This document shows, in pieces, positions 10,691 through 21,759 of a stretch of DNA of 64,000 nucleotides. The translations under genes were made by a program, and so were the position numbers. Within the stretch, counting starts at the first letter, position 1, and every line of letters starts with the position of its first letter. This stretch comes from Carpediemonas membranifera BICM (taxonomy: Eukaryota; Protista; Fornicata): assembly GCA_019828565.1 (NCBI GenBank), contig JAHDYR010000005.1, positions 397,200 to 461,199 of the forward strand, given 5' to 3'. The notes under the pieces were generated by a model. The model was not told the DNA's origin. It searched no databases and was given only the letters and a program-made list of their open reading frames with translations.

Positions 10691-11276
10691 TCAGGCTGAG
10701 ATTCTGGCTACCGCGACCAGTTCTCGGTGGAGACCGTCAAGCTCAGAGCTCTTCTCCATCCGCATGAACAGTTGCTGTGTGAATGGGGTGGGTGGGTCGT
10801 ACCTTCAGCCACATGTTGCTGCGGCGGTACTTGGTGAATGTCCGCTCTCGCAGCTCGCAGTAGATGTTCTTCTGGTGTCTGTTGCCGTCGCCCTGCTTCA
10901 GTGTGAAGTACAGCTCGGCAAGGTCAAGCAGCTCCTCACGGCTCGGGGGTGCAAAGCTGAGGCTCGGCTTCTCGTGGATCTCATAGCGCTCGCGACATTG
11001 ACGATTATCCATGGCGTCTACGTTGGAGGCAACCGCGACCCAGTCTCCCGTGCCGTGCCTGCTAATCGAGCACAGTAGCGCGAAACGAGAAGCAATGCAG
11101 CGTTCGAAGGCTATGTAAATGCTTTTTATGCATGGATTCACGGGAAATTGTGCAGATATCTCGATCTTCCCTTACTAGGACGAAAACGAGATTGTGCCGA
11201 ATCCGTTGAGAAAGAACAAACAAATAGGGTCCTGGATGTATTCCTCAACAGTCGAATAGTCACCAGCAAAAGCCAT
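10691..11276 (-). CDS. Myb-like DNA-binding protein; 5' exons uncertain; intron 10775-10802
   Basis: RHGTGDWVAVASNVDAMDNRQCRERY is a Myb/SANT repeat. A 28-nt GTACGA...CACAG intron extends the frame to a stop at 10691. Confidence 0.65.
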
Positions 11277-11498
11277 GAGGCGTGTCGCTTGAGACGAGAG
11301 CCTTTTGGACGGGATTTGTGGTCTAAAGTGCACGACCAGAATCGCCGGAAATGCAGAACATCCGGGGCCATGAAAGGCGTAGGTCCGCATGCGATGGCCC
11401 TCGACGCAGTATAGCATTCGTGCATGGCTATCGATGTCAAACCAATTTTTTCAAAATTGACCGTTGCAGGGATCTGCAGGATTACACTCAGGGGAGCA

Positions 11499-11544
11499 CT
11501 GATTCACCGAGTCGAGACCAAGGGTCAGGGTGATGGTCATAAAG
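11499..11544. repeat. 46-bp dispersed intergenic motif, copy 2
   Basis: 43/46 identical to 7575-7620. Confidence 0.85.
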
Positions 11545-11611
11545 GGTTCGGGAGTTACACTCGGGTAGCACTTACTGTCACTCAAACCATGTACAATTTA
11601 TCGGTGTCTGC

Positions 11612-12652
11612 TTAGAAAGCAGCGAAGCTCCCACCATCATCAGCGAGCTGGGACACACCCTGGGTAGGCTCAGCTTCGTCCACGTCAGGCACAGCGATTG
11701 CAAAATAAGTCGCGCACACCCTGATCAGCACGATAGAGTACATGAACAACTGTGGCACCAGACGGATGAAGTGCGTTGTGATGAGAGAGACGAAGAACGA
11801 GTGGAAGATGGTGTCGTGGTCAAAGTCGGGGTAGTAGTGCTTGAACCCGGCCCAAATAGCCCCGACGAAGGTCGACCCGTCCGCAAGGGTGCCCCAGAGG
11901 GCGAATATAGCGACGGAAGCGTACATGATAACGTTGAGGGCGACGTGATAGATGGTGCTGCGGTAGAGGAGGCTCTTGTCCTTCTTGCAAATGAGGATGG
12001 AGATTGTGACTTCATAGGCAAGGAGTGTTATTGCTAGGATGAGGTACACAAGCGACGTGAGGAAGAAAACCTCAGCGATGAGCATGACCGCAGCCATGGC
12101 AGCGGCGACACCAACCGACACAGCGAAGCAGACCATGGGGAAAGCATACACCGTGTTCGTAGGGTCCTTGGTGACGGTAAAGGCGCTCCATGTGCCTGAT
12201 GCAAGAACTGCAAAGACGTAGATGATGGCGAAATGAACGAAATACTCGCACACGGCCATGGAGGCAAAGTCAGTGAGGCTGGCAACAACAAATATCATGT
12301 CGCTCTTGATGATGTGGAGTTTGACCGCGAAAATGAGGGTATAGAGGGCAGAGAAGATGGCATAGAGGGCAAGGGCGACGACGGCGAGGTTGGCTCCAAT
12401 GCGCGCATTAAAAAGAGTGTCGGTGAGCTGCTTCATGTCGAACTTCTTGGTACGAGTAAGCTTCTCGACAATCGTTTTGCTGCCCATGAGAGTTGCGCCG
12501 CCAACAAGCGCAACGAGAAGGCATGCAAGAATTGTAATGGGCGTGCCATACGGAAGAAAGAAGGAGGGCTTCAAGTACCCAACAAGGTTCCCTTCGACCA
12601 TTAGATAATAGCCACTGACAAGTACCACGGAAATGTCACTGACGATTCCCAT
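11612..12652 (-). CDS. Multi-pass membrane protein of unknown function
   Basis: 346-aa ORF with about 8 hydrophobic segments and host-like codon usage. Confidence 0.8.
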   Translation of the reverse strand: MGIVSDISVVLVSGYYLMVEGNLVGYLKPSFFLPYGTPITILACLLVALVGGATLMGSKTIVEKLTRTKKFDMKQLTDTLFNARIGANLAVVALALYAIFSALYTLIFAVKLHIIKSDMIFVVASLTDFASMAVCEYFVHFAIIYVFAVLASGTWSAFTVTKDPTNTVYAFPMVCFAVSVGVAAAMAAVMLIAEVFFLTSLVYLILAITLLAYEVTISILICKKDKSLLYRSTIYHVALNVIMYASVAIFALWGTLADGSTFVGAIWAGFKHYYPDFDHDTIFHSFFVSLITTHFIRLVPQLFMYSIVLIRVCATYFAIAVPDVDEAEPTQGVSQLADDGGSFAAF

Positions 12653-13059
12653 TCAGTCGTGTTGTCTGAGTGCATTTTTGTGGATACGATCTCGAAGATC
12701 GAAGAAAAAAAAAAGAGGACTTCGTCAACCGCCTGGAGGTCGTCGAAGTCATCCGGGACTTCAGCACGAGTGGTTGGATGGAGGGCAGGCTGCCTGGCTT
12801 GGGTGTCCTCGGCAGAGCACAGAGTTGACGTCTTTCACGGCTGTCAGCACGTCGAGCGTGCCACAGAGACGGATGGCGGACTTGACCCGTGGTGCTGGCG
12901 GGCATAGTCCACCATCACAGCACGACGATATAGCGGAGCTGGATGACCTTGTACCAGAACCCCCAAACTGTCTTCTGCCCAACGCTGCGGCACGTCTTTC
13001 AAAGCATCGCTGGCTTTTGATTGATTGTGACATCTGTTTCGCCTATTTAACAACACGGC

Positions 13060-15132
13060 TCACGACCGCAGGAAGAACTCAACGAACTTGGCCGCTGACC
13101 TCAGCTCGCTCTGTGTGACTGATGCTCTCGATGGCTTGCGGCAAATCACCCGCGCCAACAACGTCGCCGCGCCCTTCACAAAATGGTCATCGGGCTCGAA
13201 AGAGATCATGTAGCGGACAAAAGACATGACGTAAATGAAGACAAGGTAGTGGGCGTGTGGCAGGCCCGCGGGTATGGCCCTCATATCGCTCTCAGTACTG
13301 GCGGCCATGATGGCGGGGAAGAGCTCCTCTGGGACGACAGCGGGACCGATGCAGTCGAGATAGACAAAGAAAGCGTCCGCCACAGACGAGATGTACGCTG
13401 TGTCCAGGTCTCCTGGCTCCCGGCCGACGGTGACGGTGCCCAGCTCAGTCAGGGAGTCCCGGATGAGCACCAGGTCGTCGGGAATCGGGCCCTCGAGTAA
13501 AGACCCCGCGGCCGCCGCCCCGTGCTGATAGAGCGCGTCTGCCAGCACCCACAGCGGCTTGGGCAGGGTCGGCGTGGTGAGTGAGACCCCGAACACCGTC
13601 CTGCGCCACCGTGCGCTGAGTGTGAGGAAGTGGTCCTTGCTCTGGTGGAGGTGCAGGATAACGACAGTCTCGAGCTCCTCGGGGCCTGCGTTCAGGGCCT
13701 CGAGGTCCCGGGGTGATGTCTGGAAGTTCAACTCGATAACGGCCTCGGAGGACGGCATGATGACTCCCGTCGGGGCGGGTGCCGTAATCCAGAATGGAAG
13801 GGTCGACGCCGCACCGGGGGCCGGCTTGAAAGAGTATTGCACGGGCACGACGCCCGTGTTCGTCAGTACGAACGACCGCCGCACGGTGTCCCCGAACGCC
13901 ACCGCACCGTACGACAAGGCGTTCGTGGAGATGCTGGCGTCGGGCATGTACTCGTTCTCCAGCCTGTCGAGATCCCGGGCGATTTCCCGCAGGATTTGCT
14001 GGTACTTGGAGTGGTCGATGTCCTTGGTGCGGGCCGTGAGTGTCAGACTCACAGGCTTGTGGTCGGAGATAGTCAGCTCAGGGTGCCAGCTGTACTTGTG
14101 CGGGGTGACTGAGCCCGCGCTGGCGTCCTTTACCCTGTACAACACCCTGTCGCACCAGGCAGGGATGCGGGGCTTGTCCTGTGCCTCGGCCACGTACTCC
14201 TGGGTGTCCGGGACAAACTTGTACGTCGGGGGGAACGCTATGGGGCACTCGTTGAAGTGGGGGAAGACCTCACCGTTGTCCCGCTGGATCTGGAGCTGGT
14301 CGTGCTTCATGAGCTCCTTGAAGCCCTCGATTGGGTCCTCGGCGTTCTTCGCAGCGGCAATCTGGCCGTGGACGAACTGATAGTCGGTGGTTGTGAGTCT
14401 GTAGTTGAGATCGCCGACCCAGAACACATAGTCGTGGTCATAGACCCCAAACTTCCCATCAATTGATGATTTCTGGCTCAGGACGCCGCTGTGTGAGTGG
14501 ATCTGGTCGGGGACGGGGAAACGCATGCGCTTGATGATGTCGTTGAAGTCCTGGTTGCGGCGCACAACTTGGGCGATGTCTGCGGCGAGATGAGCGCAGA
14601 CGACGCAGACGGTCGAGCACTGAATGCGGAAGGAGAGCGCCACACCGCCCTTGTTACCCAGCATACCTAGAATACCCGTAGCCACGTCCAGGGTGTGTGG
14701 GGCCGAGCAGAGGGGGAACAGGCTTTCGCGGACCCACACCCCGACCATGATGCCCGCCAGCTGGCGGTGGGAGAGGGGTAAGAACTTCGTACCACTGCTG
14801 TTGATGGTGGCTTCCACGGTCTCGAGCCAGGGAAGCGCCTTATCAGTCTGCTGAGTGAGGACGCCTGCGACTGTGAGGTCAACTTCTTGTAGCCCTACAA
14901 CGTAAACATCGGGCTGGTTGTTAGATGGAGATGACGGAAGAAGCCAAGGGGCCATCTCTGCTGCTGTTGGCGGCTTCTTATTGTTGACGTTCCAGGAGCC
15001 ACAGAAAACGCTGAGGTCATTCCATCGCACGTACTCTTCCTGGCGTTTCGACACATTATTTGCAAGCCATAGCTGAATTCTCTCTTGGTGCCATTGATTT
15101 GCGGTGCCTGTTGAGCTTTCACCGCCCTCCAT
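13060..15132 (-). CDS. OCRL: Inositol polyphosphate 5-phosphatase OCRL/INPP5B-like (IPPc, ASH and RhoGAP-like domains)
   Basis: Motifs GSWNVN, VGLQEVD, LGNKGGV, FWVGDLNYRL, FPPTYKF, PAWCDRVL and SDHKPV, followed by LDRLENEYMP, an ASH domain and a degenerate RhoGAP domain. Confidence 0.92.
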   Translation of the reverse strand: MEGGESSTGTANQWHQERIQLWLANNVSKRQEEYVRWNDLSVFCGSWNVNNKKPPTAAEMAPWLLPSSPSNNQPDVYVVGLQEVDLTVAGVLTQQTDKALPWLETVEATINSSGTKFLPLSHRQLAGIMVGVWVRESLFPLCSAPHTLDVATGILGMLGNKGGVALSFRIQCSTVCVVCAHLAADIAQVVRRNQDFNDIIKRMRFPVPDQIHSHSGVLSQKSSIDGKFGVYDHDYVFWVGDLNYRLTTTDYQFVHGQIAAAKNAEDPIEGFKELMKHDQLQIQRDNGEVFPHFNECPIAFPPTYKFVPDTQEYVAEAQDKPRIPAWCDRVLYRVKDASAGSVTPHKYSWHPELTISDHKPVSLTLTARTKDIDHSKYQQILREIARDLDRLENEYMPDASISTNALSYGAVAFGDTVRRSFVLTNTGVVPVQYSFKPAPGAASTLPFWITAPAPTGVIMPSSEAVIELNFQTSPRDLEALNAGPEELETVVILHLHQSKDHFLTLSARWRRTVFGVSLTTPTLPKPLWVLADALYQHGAAAAGSLLEGPIPDDLVLIRDSLTELGTVTVGREPGDLDTAYISSVADAFFVYLDCIGPAVVPEELFPAIMAASTESDMRAIPAGLPHAHYLVFIYVMSFVRYMISFEPDDHFVKGAATLLARVICRKPSRASVTQSELRSAAKFVEFFLRS

Positions 15133-16304
15133 GCTGAAGAGTGTACAGGTTCGTCCCCGCAGGTTACGGCGTGACTTGGGGAGTCGGTCGTCGACCCCAA
15201 ATTGCCCAAGAAAGGAAGTGAGGCGGTATGAGGAGTGCTACAGAGACTCTGCCTGGACTTGATCCAGCCCAGCTTCCCCCACAGGTGTTGGATCTCGTGA
15301 AAGAAGATCAAGTTGGTTTACCGTTTGGAAAAGGTCACCCCAACCGTGGTGTATGACAGAGGCAATGGGCAGATGTGGATGGCATGAGGGAGAGGATGGT
15401 TAGGTGAGGCGGGGTGCTAGCTACATGTACGCTGGCACCAATGAAGATCACTATCGGAAAAGACGGGAAAGGCAGGTAAACTCCACTCAACTTGAGCTAT
15501 GGCATGCATTAACACTGAAGTTGGTTCTGGAGTGCGGCCGATACTCATTTGTGCAAATCTGACAAAACAAAAAGTTGACAAATGAGTCCCTGGGGGATGA
15601 GTGCATAGTGGCATCATGCCGGGAGCTGTCACATCCCCCATACACTCGCCAACCACCAGCTGCGGGGGTCGGCCAAGTGCATCTTCTAGGCTCATACGTC
15701 CTAGGCCCATCTGATGTCGCGCGGCAGTCTCATACTGCAGACGCGCTCTGTAGCTAAAACCCGGGTTCCGCGCCGTACAAAGTGGCGCGGATCTCCCGGT
15801 GTGCTGCAAGGGCCTGAGGCCAATGCATAGCCACAGGTCCGAAGACGCCGTGGTGCACAGCTACGTTTTGACATCGTATGATGGTGGCGGACTTATCTTG
15901 TTGCCGCTCCAGGGTCCCGTCGGCACACCTGATTGATGTTGTTTAGTTCGGCACTGAACAGCGACCGATACGGGAAGAATGAATACGAATGTGACCTAGA
16001 CGTACAGATGAAAGCAAATGGGACTAAATTTCACAGAGAGCACCAAATGAGCCACAAAGCATTGATAGATGACGACTATTCCGGAGATGTTCTGCTGAAC
16101 AAAATGCAAGAAAAAAGAAGATGTGCAGATTAGGAAGAGATCGGTGTTGGTTTGAAAAGATGAAGGACGGTGATGACGTAACCTGCGTTGTCCCAGATCC
16201 GGCGGCCACAGTCCAGTGCCAGTCCACCACACGCTCATACAGGAATCCGCTTTTATAAACACGTGAACATCGCTTAATAACATCGCGAAACAAGGGAGGT
16301 CAGC

Positions 16305-16889
16305 TCACCACATCGACGAAAGCTTCTGCATCCTCTCATCAATTGGCCTCACACCGTCTGTCCGTGTGGATGTAGCATGGGTGTCAACCGATCGGGCAGA
16401 CACTGGCCCGAAGTCAAGAATAGTACTCGCCACAGAGTTCCAGGAGCCCACTCTGCGCAGCGGGGGTATCCGCCGCCGGGCTCCAAAGTCTGACTCCGAC
16501 TCGGTGCTGTATGCTGTGAGAGAAGGTTCGTATGCACTCTCTGTAGAGGCTGGCGGCCTTCTCAGCATAAGCTCGGCGAGGGTGATGACGAAAAGGTACG
16601 GTATGTGAACGCACGCACAGGCTAATACAGTCAGTGACACAAACTGGGCTTTGGAGACAAGTTCATCGTCTGCGCCAAACCGTGCCATGGCAATCGAGGC
16701 GTACCCCGCGATGGCTCCGGCGATAAGCTGAGCAATAATGATGGTAATGATGCACCAGTGCGCTATGCGTGTCGGGCGCATCTTCAGACGACGTTGCTGG
16801 CCTGGGGAGCGGGGCAGGAGGAAGATGGCGAGGAGGGGGGCGGCCGATGGGAGACAGATTGCCATAACGATGGCGTTAAAGAGGGGCAT
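16305..16889 (-). CDS. Hypothetical membrane protein (about 3 TM)
   Basis: 194-aa ATG ORF with three hydrophobic segments and a Ser-rich tail. Confidence 0.55.
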   Translation of the reverse strand: MPLFNAIVMAICLPSAAPLLAIFLLPRSPGQQRRLKMRPTRIAHWCIITIIIAQLIAGAIAGYASIAMARFGADDELVSKAQFVSLTVLACACVHIPYLFVITLAELMLRRPPASTESAYEPSLTAYSTESESDFGARRRIPPLRRVGSWNSVASTILDFGPVSARSVDTHATSTRTDGVRPIDERMQKLSSMW

Positions 16890-17285
16890 AGCGATAAAGG
16901 TGATGAATAGAACGAGAATGATAACGTTGAAATGAGCCGCAGTGGCCTGGATAAGTTGTTATGGGAAAACTACGCACAAGTAGGAAAAGAACGACGGGAA
17001 TGAATCGCCGCTTCGGCGATTCGTAAACAGACTCGTTTGTGTTGGATAGATAACCACTGGTTGGAAGTTGGCGCTGCAAAGCCCTCACTTCCTCGTCGCG
17101 GTTCATCTTTAACTGACGACCTCCGACCCTCAACTTCCCGAACAAAGATTCAGCCACGCACGAGATCGAGCAGACTGAATCCGGCGCCCCGTCTTCCAGT
17201 GCCAGCATTTAATATGCTCCCATCATGACACGCTTCCATCATGACTGCAACAGGTCGGTCAGGTCATGAATTACTCGAGACTTGC

Positions 17286-18203
17286 TCAGCTGACTGTCTC
17301 AGAACTGCTCCTGCTAAGAGGCAGGAAATTTCTTGCGGGTGATGATCGCGGGCTGTCGGGGTGAGTCGCTGCGGCATCCTCGGTCTCATCCCCAGTCATG
17401 TCGATCGCGGCCTCAATCCTCGCCCGGCACATGGGGCACAGGCCGACACCAGTTGCGGCGATGCCATCATAGCATGAGGGACACACACATACATGGCCGC
17501 AGGGCATCAGGGCCACTGTGCTCGGCTCCTCCATGTCCACAACACACCTCTCGGAGACAAAGAGACCGGCGTCTTTCAACTCGTCGGTGCTACACGCGAT
17601 GAGCGCGCCCATTGGGAAGGAGGGCGGCCTTTGGGTGGTAAGTGATGGAGGGGCGTTGGGCGACTGGGCCTGGGCGCTGCTGAAGGGGCGGACGTTGTAT
17701 ACCCGCTCAACGTGCTGGGCGAGCTTGCGGAGGCCGATGGCATAGCCGAACAAGATGAATAGTGGAAGCTGTTTCAAGGCTGCCACGAAAGGTTTGGAAG
17801 TTCGTCGCACCCAGGCAACCCAAATGATGAAGTTGAAGGCGAAATAGCCGCAGATGGCGACAATCGCGCAGCCGAACATGGCAAAGACGCCTGCAAGGCA
17901 GATTCCGAGCAACATGACGGCGACACACGCTGCGGCGACGAGTAGCATCACTCCAAGCACAGCGACGGCCATGAGAGCAAGCTGCCCCAAGTCCTGCTCG
18001 GTGAAAGGCGTTGTGGCGTCCAGATCGCTGCCCATCAACCGACCGTGACACGTCGGTTCGTATTTCGCACCCAGCCAGATCCGGCTCTCTCCGGCTATGC
18101 AGGTCATAGTGCATTCTGATGTCCCACTGGAGTCGGGATCAGCGCTATTCTCGGGTCCTTCCAATTTTGGCCATTTTCGGCAAATCCTTGGAAACCTCCC
18201 CAT
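17286..18203 (-). CDS. Transmembrane RING (C3HC4_3-type) E3 ligase-like protein; start uncertain
   Basis: Long hydrophobic segment, then CVVD...LMPCGHVCVCPSC...CPMCRARI. Confidence 0.75.
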   Translation of the reverse strand: MGRFPRICRKWPKLEGPENSADPDSSGTSECTMTCIAGESRIWLGAKYEPTCHGRLMGSDLDATTPFTEQDLGQLALMAVAVLGVMLLVAAACVAVMLLGICLAGVFAMFGCAIVAICGYFAFNFIIWVAWVRRTSKPFVAALKQLPLFILFGYAIGLRKLAQHVERVYNVRPFSSAQAQSPNAPPSLTTQRPPSFPMGALIACSTDELKDAGLFVSERCVVDMEEPSTVALMPCGHVCVCPSCYDGIAATGVGLCPMCRARIEAAIDMTGDETEDAAATHPDSPRSSPARNFLPLSRSSSETVS

Positions 18204-18291
18204 CGCCGTTTCTCGACGACTATCTGTTGATGTTCGTACCAATGCAACGATAGACTGTGACGTGGATAGACGTGATCCTAGCTATTGCTAG

Positions 18292-18870
<579 letters not shown>

Positions 18871-19062
18871 AATAATTGAGTCGGAATCTTGGCATAACAC
18901 TGAAGAGAGAATATCAGCAGGTATTGCTAAATTCAGGGAAAATCGACCACTGTTCAGATTTTTATGAGCTGAATTAAGTAAAAACAGATGAATTTTTAGC
19001 TAAAATCAACCGTTTTAAGCGCTTAATTCGGTTGATTTTCGCTCAAAAGTCAGCTTTGCGCA

Positions 19063-20037
19063 ATGTATTCTGAAGACCTAAGGTGGCGCTGTGTGTTTCT
19101 AGCCACCATATATGGATGGTCCTTTCGAGAAATAGCCTTAGTTATGCACATTCAGAGCCATACAACTATCAGCCAATGGGTTTCACGAGCTGAAAAGACA
19201 GGAAGTGTTCGTCATACTGACAGAGACAAGCGAAAGCCTCAAGTACCGATGGAAGTCATTGTTTACCTTACAGAGCTGATTAGATCAGATCCCTGTTTCT
19301 ATTTGGACGAGCTTCGAGATAAGATCGTTCACAAGTTCAACCGAAAGATCTCCACCGCCACAGTGTGGCGCATACTACGCTTCAGCTTGAACATGACACG
19401 GAAGAGCCTCGAAAGACGAGCCACACAAGCAACAAGCATGCAGTTTGCCCGGTTTAGTGCCGAGCTCAACGCCGTTTACCACTGTCAGGATCAGCTTATA
19501 TTTGCTGACGAGACGGCAAAAGACCTTCGTGCTGGGATTAGGCTTCGCGGCTGGGCCACTGTTGGCCAGAGATGCAAAGTCACTCTGCCTTTCTCCCGCG
19601 GCCAGAGGTATAGTGTGTGCGCATGGCTGGGTCATGACGGCATACTAGGGCATACAATAACGCCAGGGACATTCGACAGGCAGCTATTCTACGACTCCTT
19701 TATCGCCAATGTGTATTACAAAATGAATCCATGGCCTGGGCCACGGTCGATCTTAATGCTCGACAACGCCTCAATTCACCACTTTCCTCAGTTGCAGCAA
19801 TGTATCGACAACATTGGCGCCAAGATGATCTTTCTGCCCCCATACAGTCCGCACCTTAATCCCATAGAGGTCATGTTCTCCATCATCAAGTCTCGCATAC
19901 AGAGAGATCAAGCTGCTTTTGCTCAAGCTCCAGCATCCACACTGAGCAGGCTCTTCGCTGAAGTGACCAACAGTCAATCACACCTCTTCAGCTCCCATGG
20001 CTACCACGACGGGCAGCTGGACATACACTTCAGATAA
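19063..20037 (+). CDS. DD34E transposase (HTH + DDE_3), intact
   Basis: MYSEDLRWR HTH start, IFADET, MLDNASIHH and FLPPYSPHLNPIE, with 34 residues between the second D and the E. Confidence 0.93.
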   Translation: MYSEDLRWRCVFLATIYGWSFREIALVMHIQSHTTISQWVSRAEKTGSVRHTDRDKRKPQVPMEVIVYLTELIRSDPCFYLDELRDKIVHKFNRKISTATVWRILRFSLNMTRKSLERRATQATSMQFARFSAELNAVYHCQDQLIFADETAKDLRAGIRLRGWATVGQRCKVTLPFSRGQRYSVCAWLGHDGILGHTITPGTFDRQLFYDSFIANVYYKMNPWPGPRSILMLDNASIHHFPQLQQCIDNIGAKMIFLPPYSPHLNPIEVMFSIIKSRIQRDQAAFAQAPASTLSRLFAEVTNSQSHLFSSHGYHDGQLDIHFR

Positions 20038-20042
20038 ACGCT

Positions 20043-20360
20043 TTATTCAGTCTTCCTGGTGCTCTCAGCAGTCCACACATATGCCTCAGGCTTGCTGCAT
20101 CTGGTGAACTTGCTCCAGGCAGCCATAGTAATGTCTTCTAAGAAGACCTTATCATTGGGAAGCTTGTAACGTACCTGAATTCTCTGCTTTGCAACGCTCT
20201 CTGCAATGTTATACCCCTTTTCGCTGACCAAGTTGCGAATATCACGCACGAAGGCTTCCATAGCTGTCCACTCTTGCTTCATCTGCACTATAAACGTGCA
20301 AAGTACCTTGTTACGAGACTTCTTCACCTTAATAGTAACATCCGTTCCCTCATCGTCCAT
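20043..20360 (-). CDS. 105-aa unknown ORF convergent with the transposase
   Basis: ATG ORF ending 5 bp from the transposase stop, inside the inverted motifs. Confidence 0.6.
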   Translation of the reverse strand: MDDEGTDVTIKVKKSRNKVLCTFIVQMKQEWTAMEAFVRDIRNLVSEKGYNIAESVAKQRIQVRYKLPNDKVFLEDITMAAWSKFTRCSKPEAYVWTAESTRKTE

Positions 20361-20533
20361 CGCTCAATTCACCTGTTTTCAGCACTCAAAACACAGTGTT
20401 TGATTGCTTAATTCAGGACTCAAAATAAACAAGCTCGTGGTTGATTTAAGGTGAAAAAAGCAATAAACCCTGGAAGAGTAAAGTTCGCTCAAGCCCCGAC
20501 TGCCACGGAATTTATGATATGATAGCGTTCTCC

Positions 20534-21454
20534 TCATTCAATGGGCACAGCAACGAGCGCCACCTGTCCCGCGAACAGCTCCCCGAGCACCGTCTTCCGC
20601 TCGTCCAGCGCCTGGCGAGGGAACACAGTGTACAGCATGTGCGCTGTGGAGTCCACTTCAACGCTGTCGAGGAAGTTGTACAGCATCCCAACGTCCTCTT
20701 CGGACCTAAACCTGCGGGCAAGGGCCTTGTTGTTGGGCAGCTTGATTCGGACGTTGATGCCGTCGACTGGCTCCTCGGTCAGATCTTCTGCCCTCGCCTT
20801 CATGTCCTGCATCGCCTTGTCCTGTAGAGATGCCTGTATTGCCTCGAGAAGCTCCTCCTCTTCCTTCTGTCTCGCAGCCTCGTACTCGGCCTGTCGTGCC
20901 TCGTCTTCTCGCCGCCGATCGGCCTCCAGACTATGCTGATACGCCGTCTGCTGCTCCGCTCGGAGCGTGTCGTGCTCCTCCAGCGTGGGACTCTGGTAGG
21001 GGCTCGTGCTCGCGGCATCCCTGCTCGCCGTGATGTCTCCAAGCCGGCTCGTAGTGTCAAGAAGAACGTCCACAAGGCTGGGGGCATCCGGGAGACGGCC
21101 ACACTTCGTGTACATGATGATCGGCTCGCGTAGTGACTTGGAGAGAGGAGAAATGATCGTGATGGCGGGGAAATCAGTAATTGCAAGCTCGTCGAGAAGA
21201 TGCACGGCCTCCTCGGAGGCACCGTCAACGGCCCAGGTGATATATGAGGAGTTGAGGACCTCACTGACTATATCACTGCAGAAAACCTGCTGGAAGAAGC
21301 GGACAGAGTCCTTTCTTTCGCGGGAATGAACGAAAACAACCAAGCACCGACGGGAATCCTTCGCTTCCTGGAATGCAGCATCAAGTGGGGCAGTTCTAAG
21401 CATTGGTGGCGTTACTTTCAAACGTCGTGCGTATCTAGTCCAATCGAGAGGCAT
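20534..21454 (-). CDS. UAS + UBX domain protein (FAF1/FAF2-like p97 adaptor)
   Basis: Thioredoxin-like UAS (LVVFVHS...FFQQVFCS), coiled coil LRAEQQTAYQHSLEADRRRE, and UBX VRIKLPN...RRF...TVFPR. Confidence 0.88.
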   Translation of the reverse strand: MPLDWTRYARRLKVTPPMLRTAPLDAAFQEAKDSRRCLVVFVHSRERKDSVRFFQQVFCSDIVSEVLNSSYITWAVDGASEEAVHLLDELAITDFPAITIISPLSKSLREPIIMYTKCGRLPDAPSLVDVLLDTTSRLGDITASRDAASTSPYQSPTLEEHDTLRAEQQTAYQHSLEADRRREDEARQAEYEAARQKEEEELLEAIQASLQDKAMQDMKARAEDLTEEPVDGINVRIKLPNNKALARRFRSEEDVGMLYNFLDSVEVDSTAHMLYTVFPRQALDERKTVLGELFAGQVALVAVPIE

Positions 21455-21759
21455 TTGGTGTGTTGCTTGTCAGATGATGCATCGCAGAAATCAATCCCCG
21501 CACCTTGGATGAATGGTGGCTTTGTGACTAGGCAGAGCAGGCATTGCGGTACAGTCCTTGGCTTTCGTTCTTCTTCAGACTCTGCCTGCCGCCCTGCCGC
21601 ACCGGCATCTCACATTACGCCAGTCTCGATAACCTCCATAACGCCGGCATCAGAGTGCTTACGAGGGTAGTCCTACTGTAAGCGGCATGACGTCTCGGAT
21701 ATACGGTCAATCTCCACGATTTTGACCCGCTCATTTCACAAATTTCTAACGCCGACCAA

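Larger units (their letters stand above)
18900..20480 (+). mobile_element. Tc1/IS630-superfamily DNA transposon with two convergent ORFs; ends approximate
   Basis: AT-richer block with imperfect inverted subterminal motifs (AAATC(G/A)ACCAC, CTGAATTAAG and AAAACAG(A/G)TGAATT) on both flanks. Confidence 0.7.

Noticed and set aside
15140-16300. Protein-coding gene(s) between OCRL and the membrane protein
   Set aside because: Only short ORFs with no recognisable domain or convincing splice model.
20043-20360. Fanzor/TnpB nuclease beside the IS630-like transposase
   Set aside because: Only 105 aa, with no RuvC or zinc-finger motifs.
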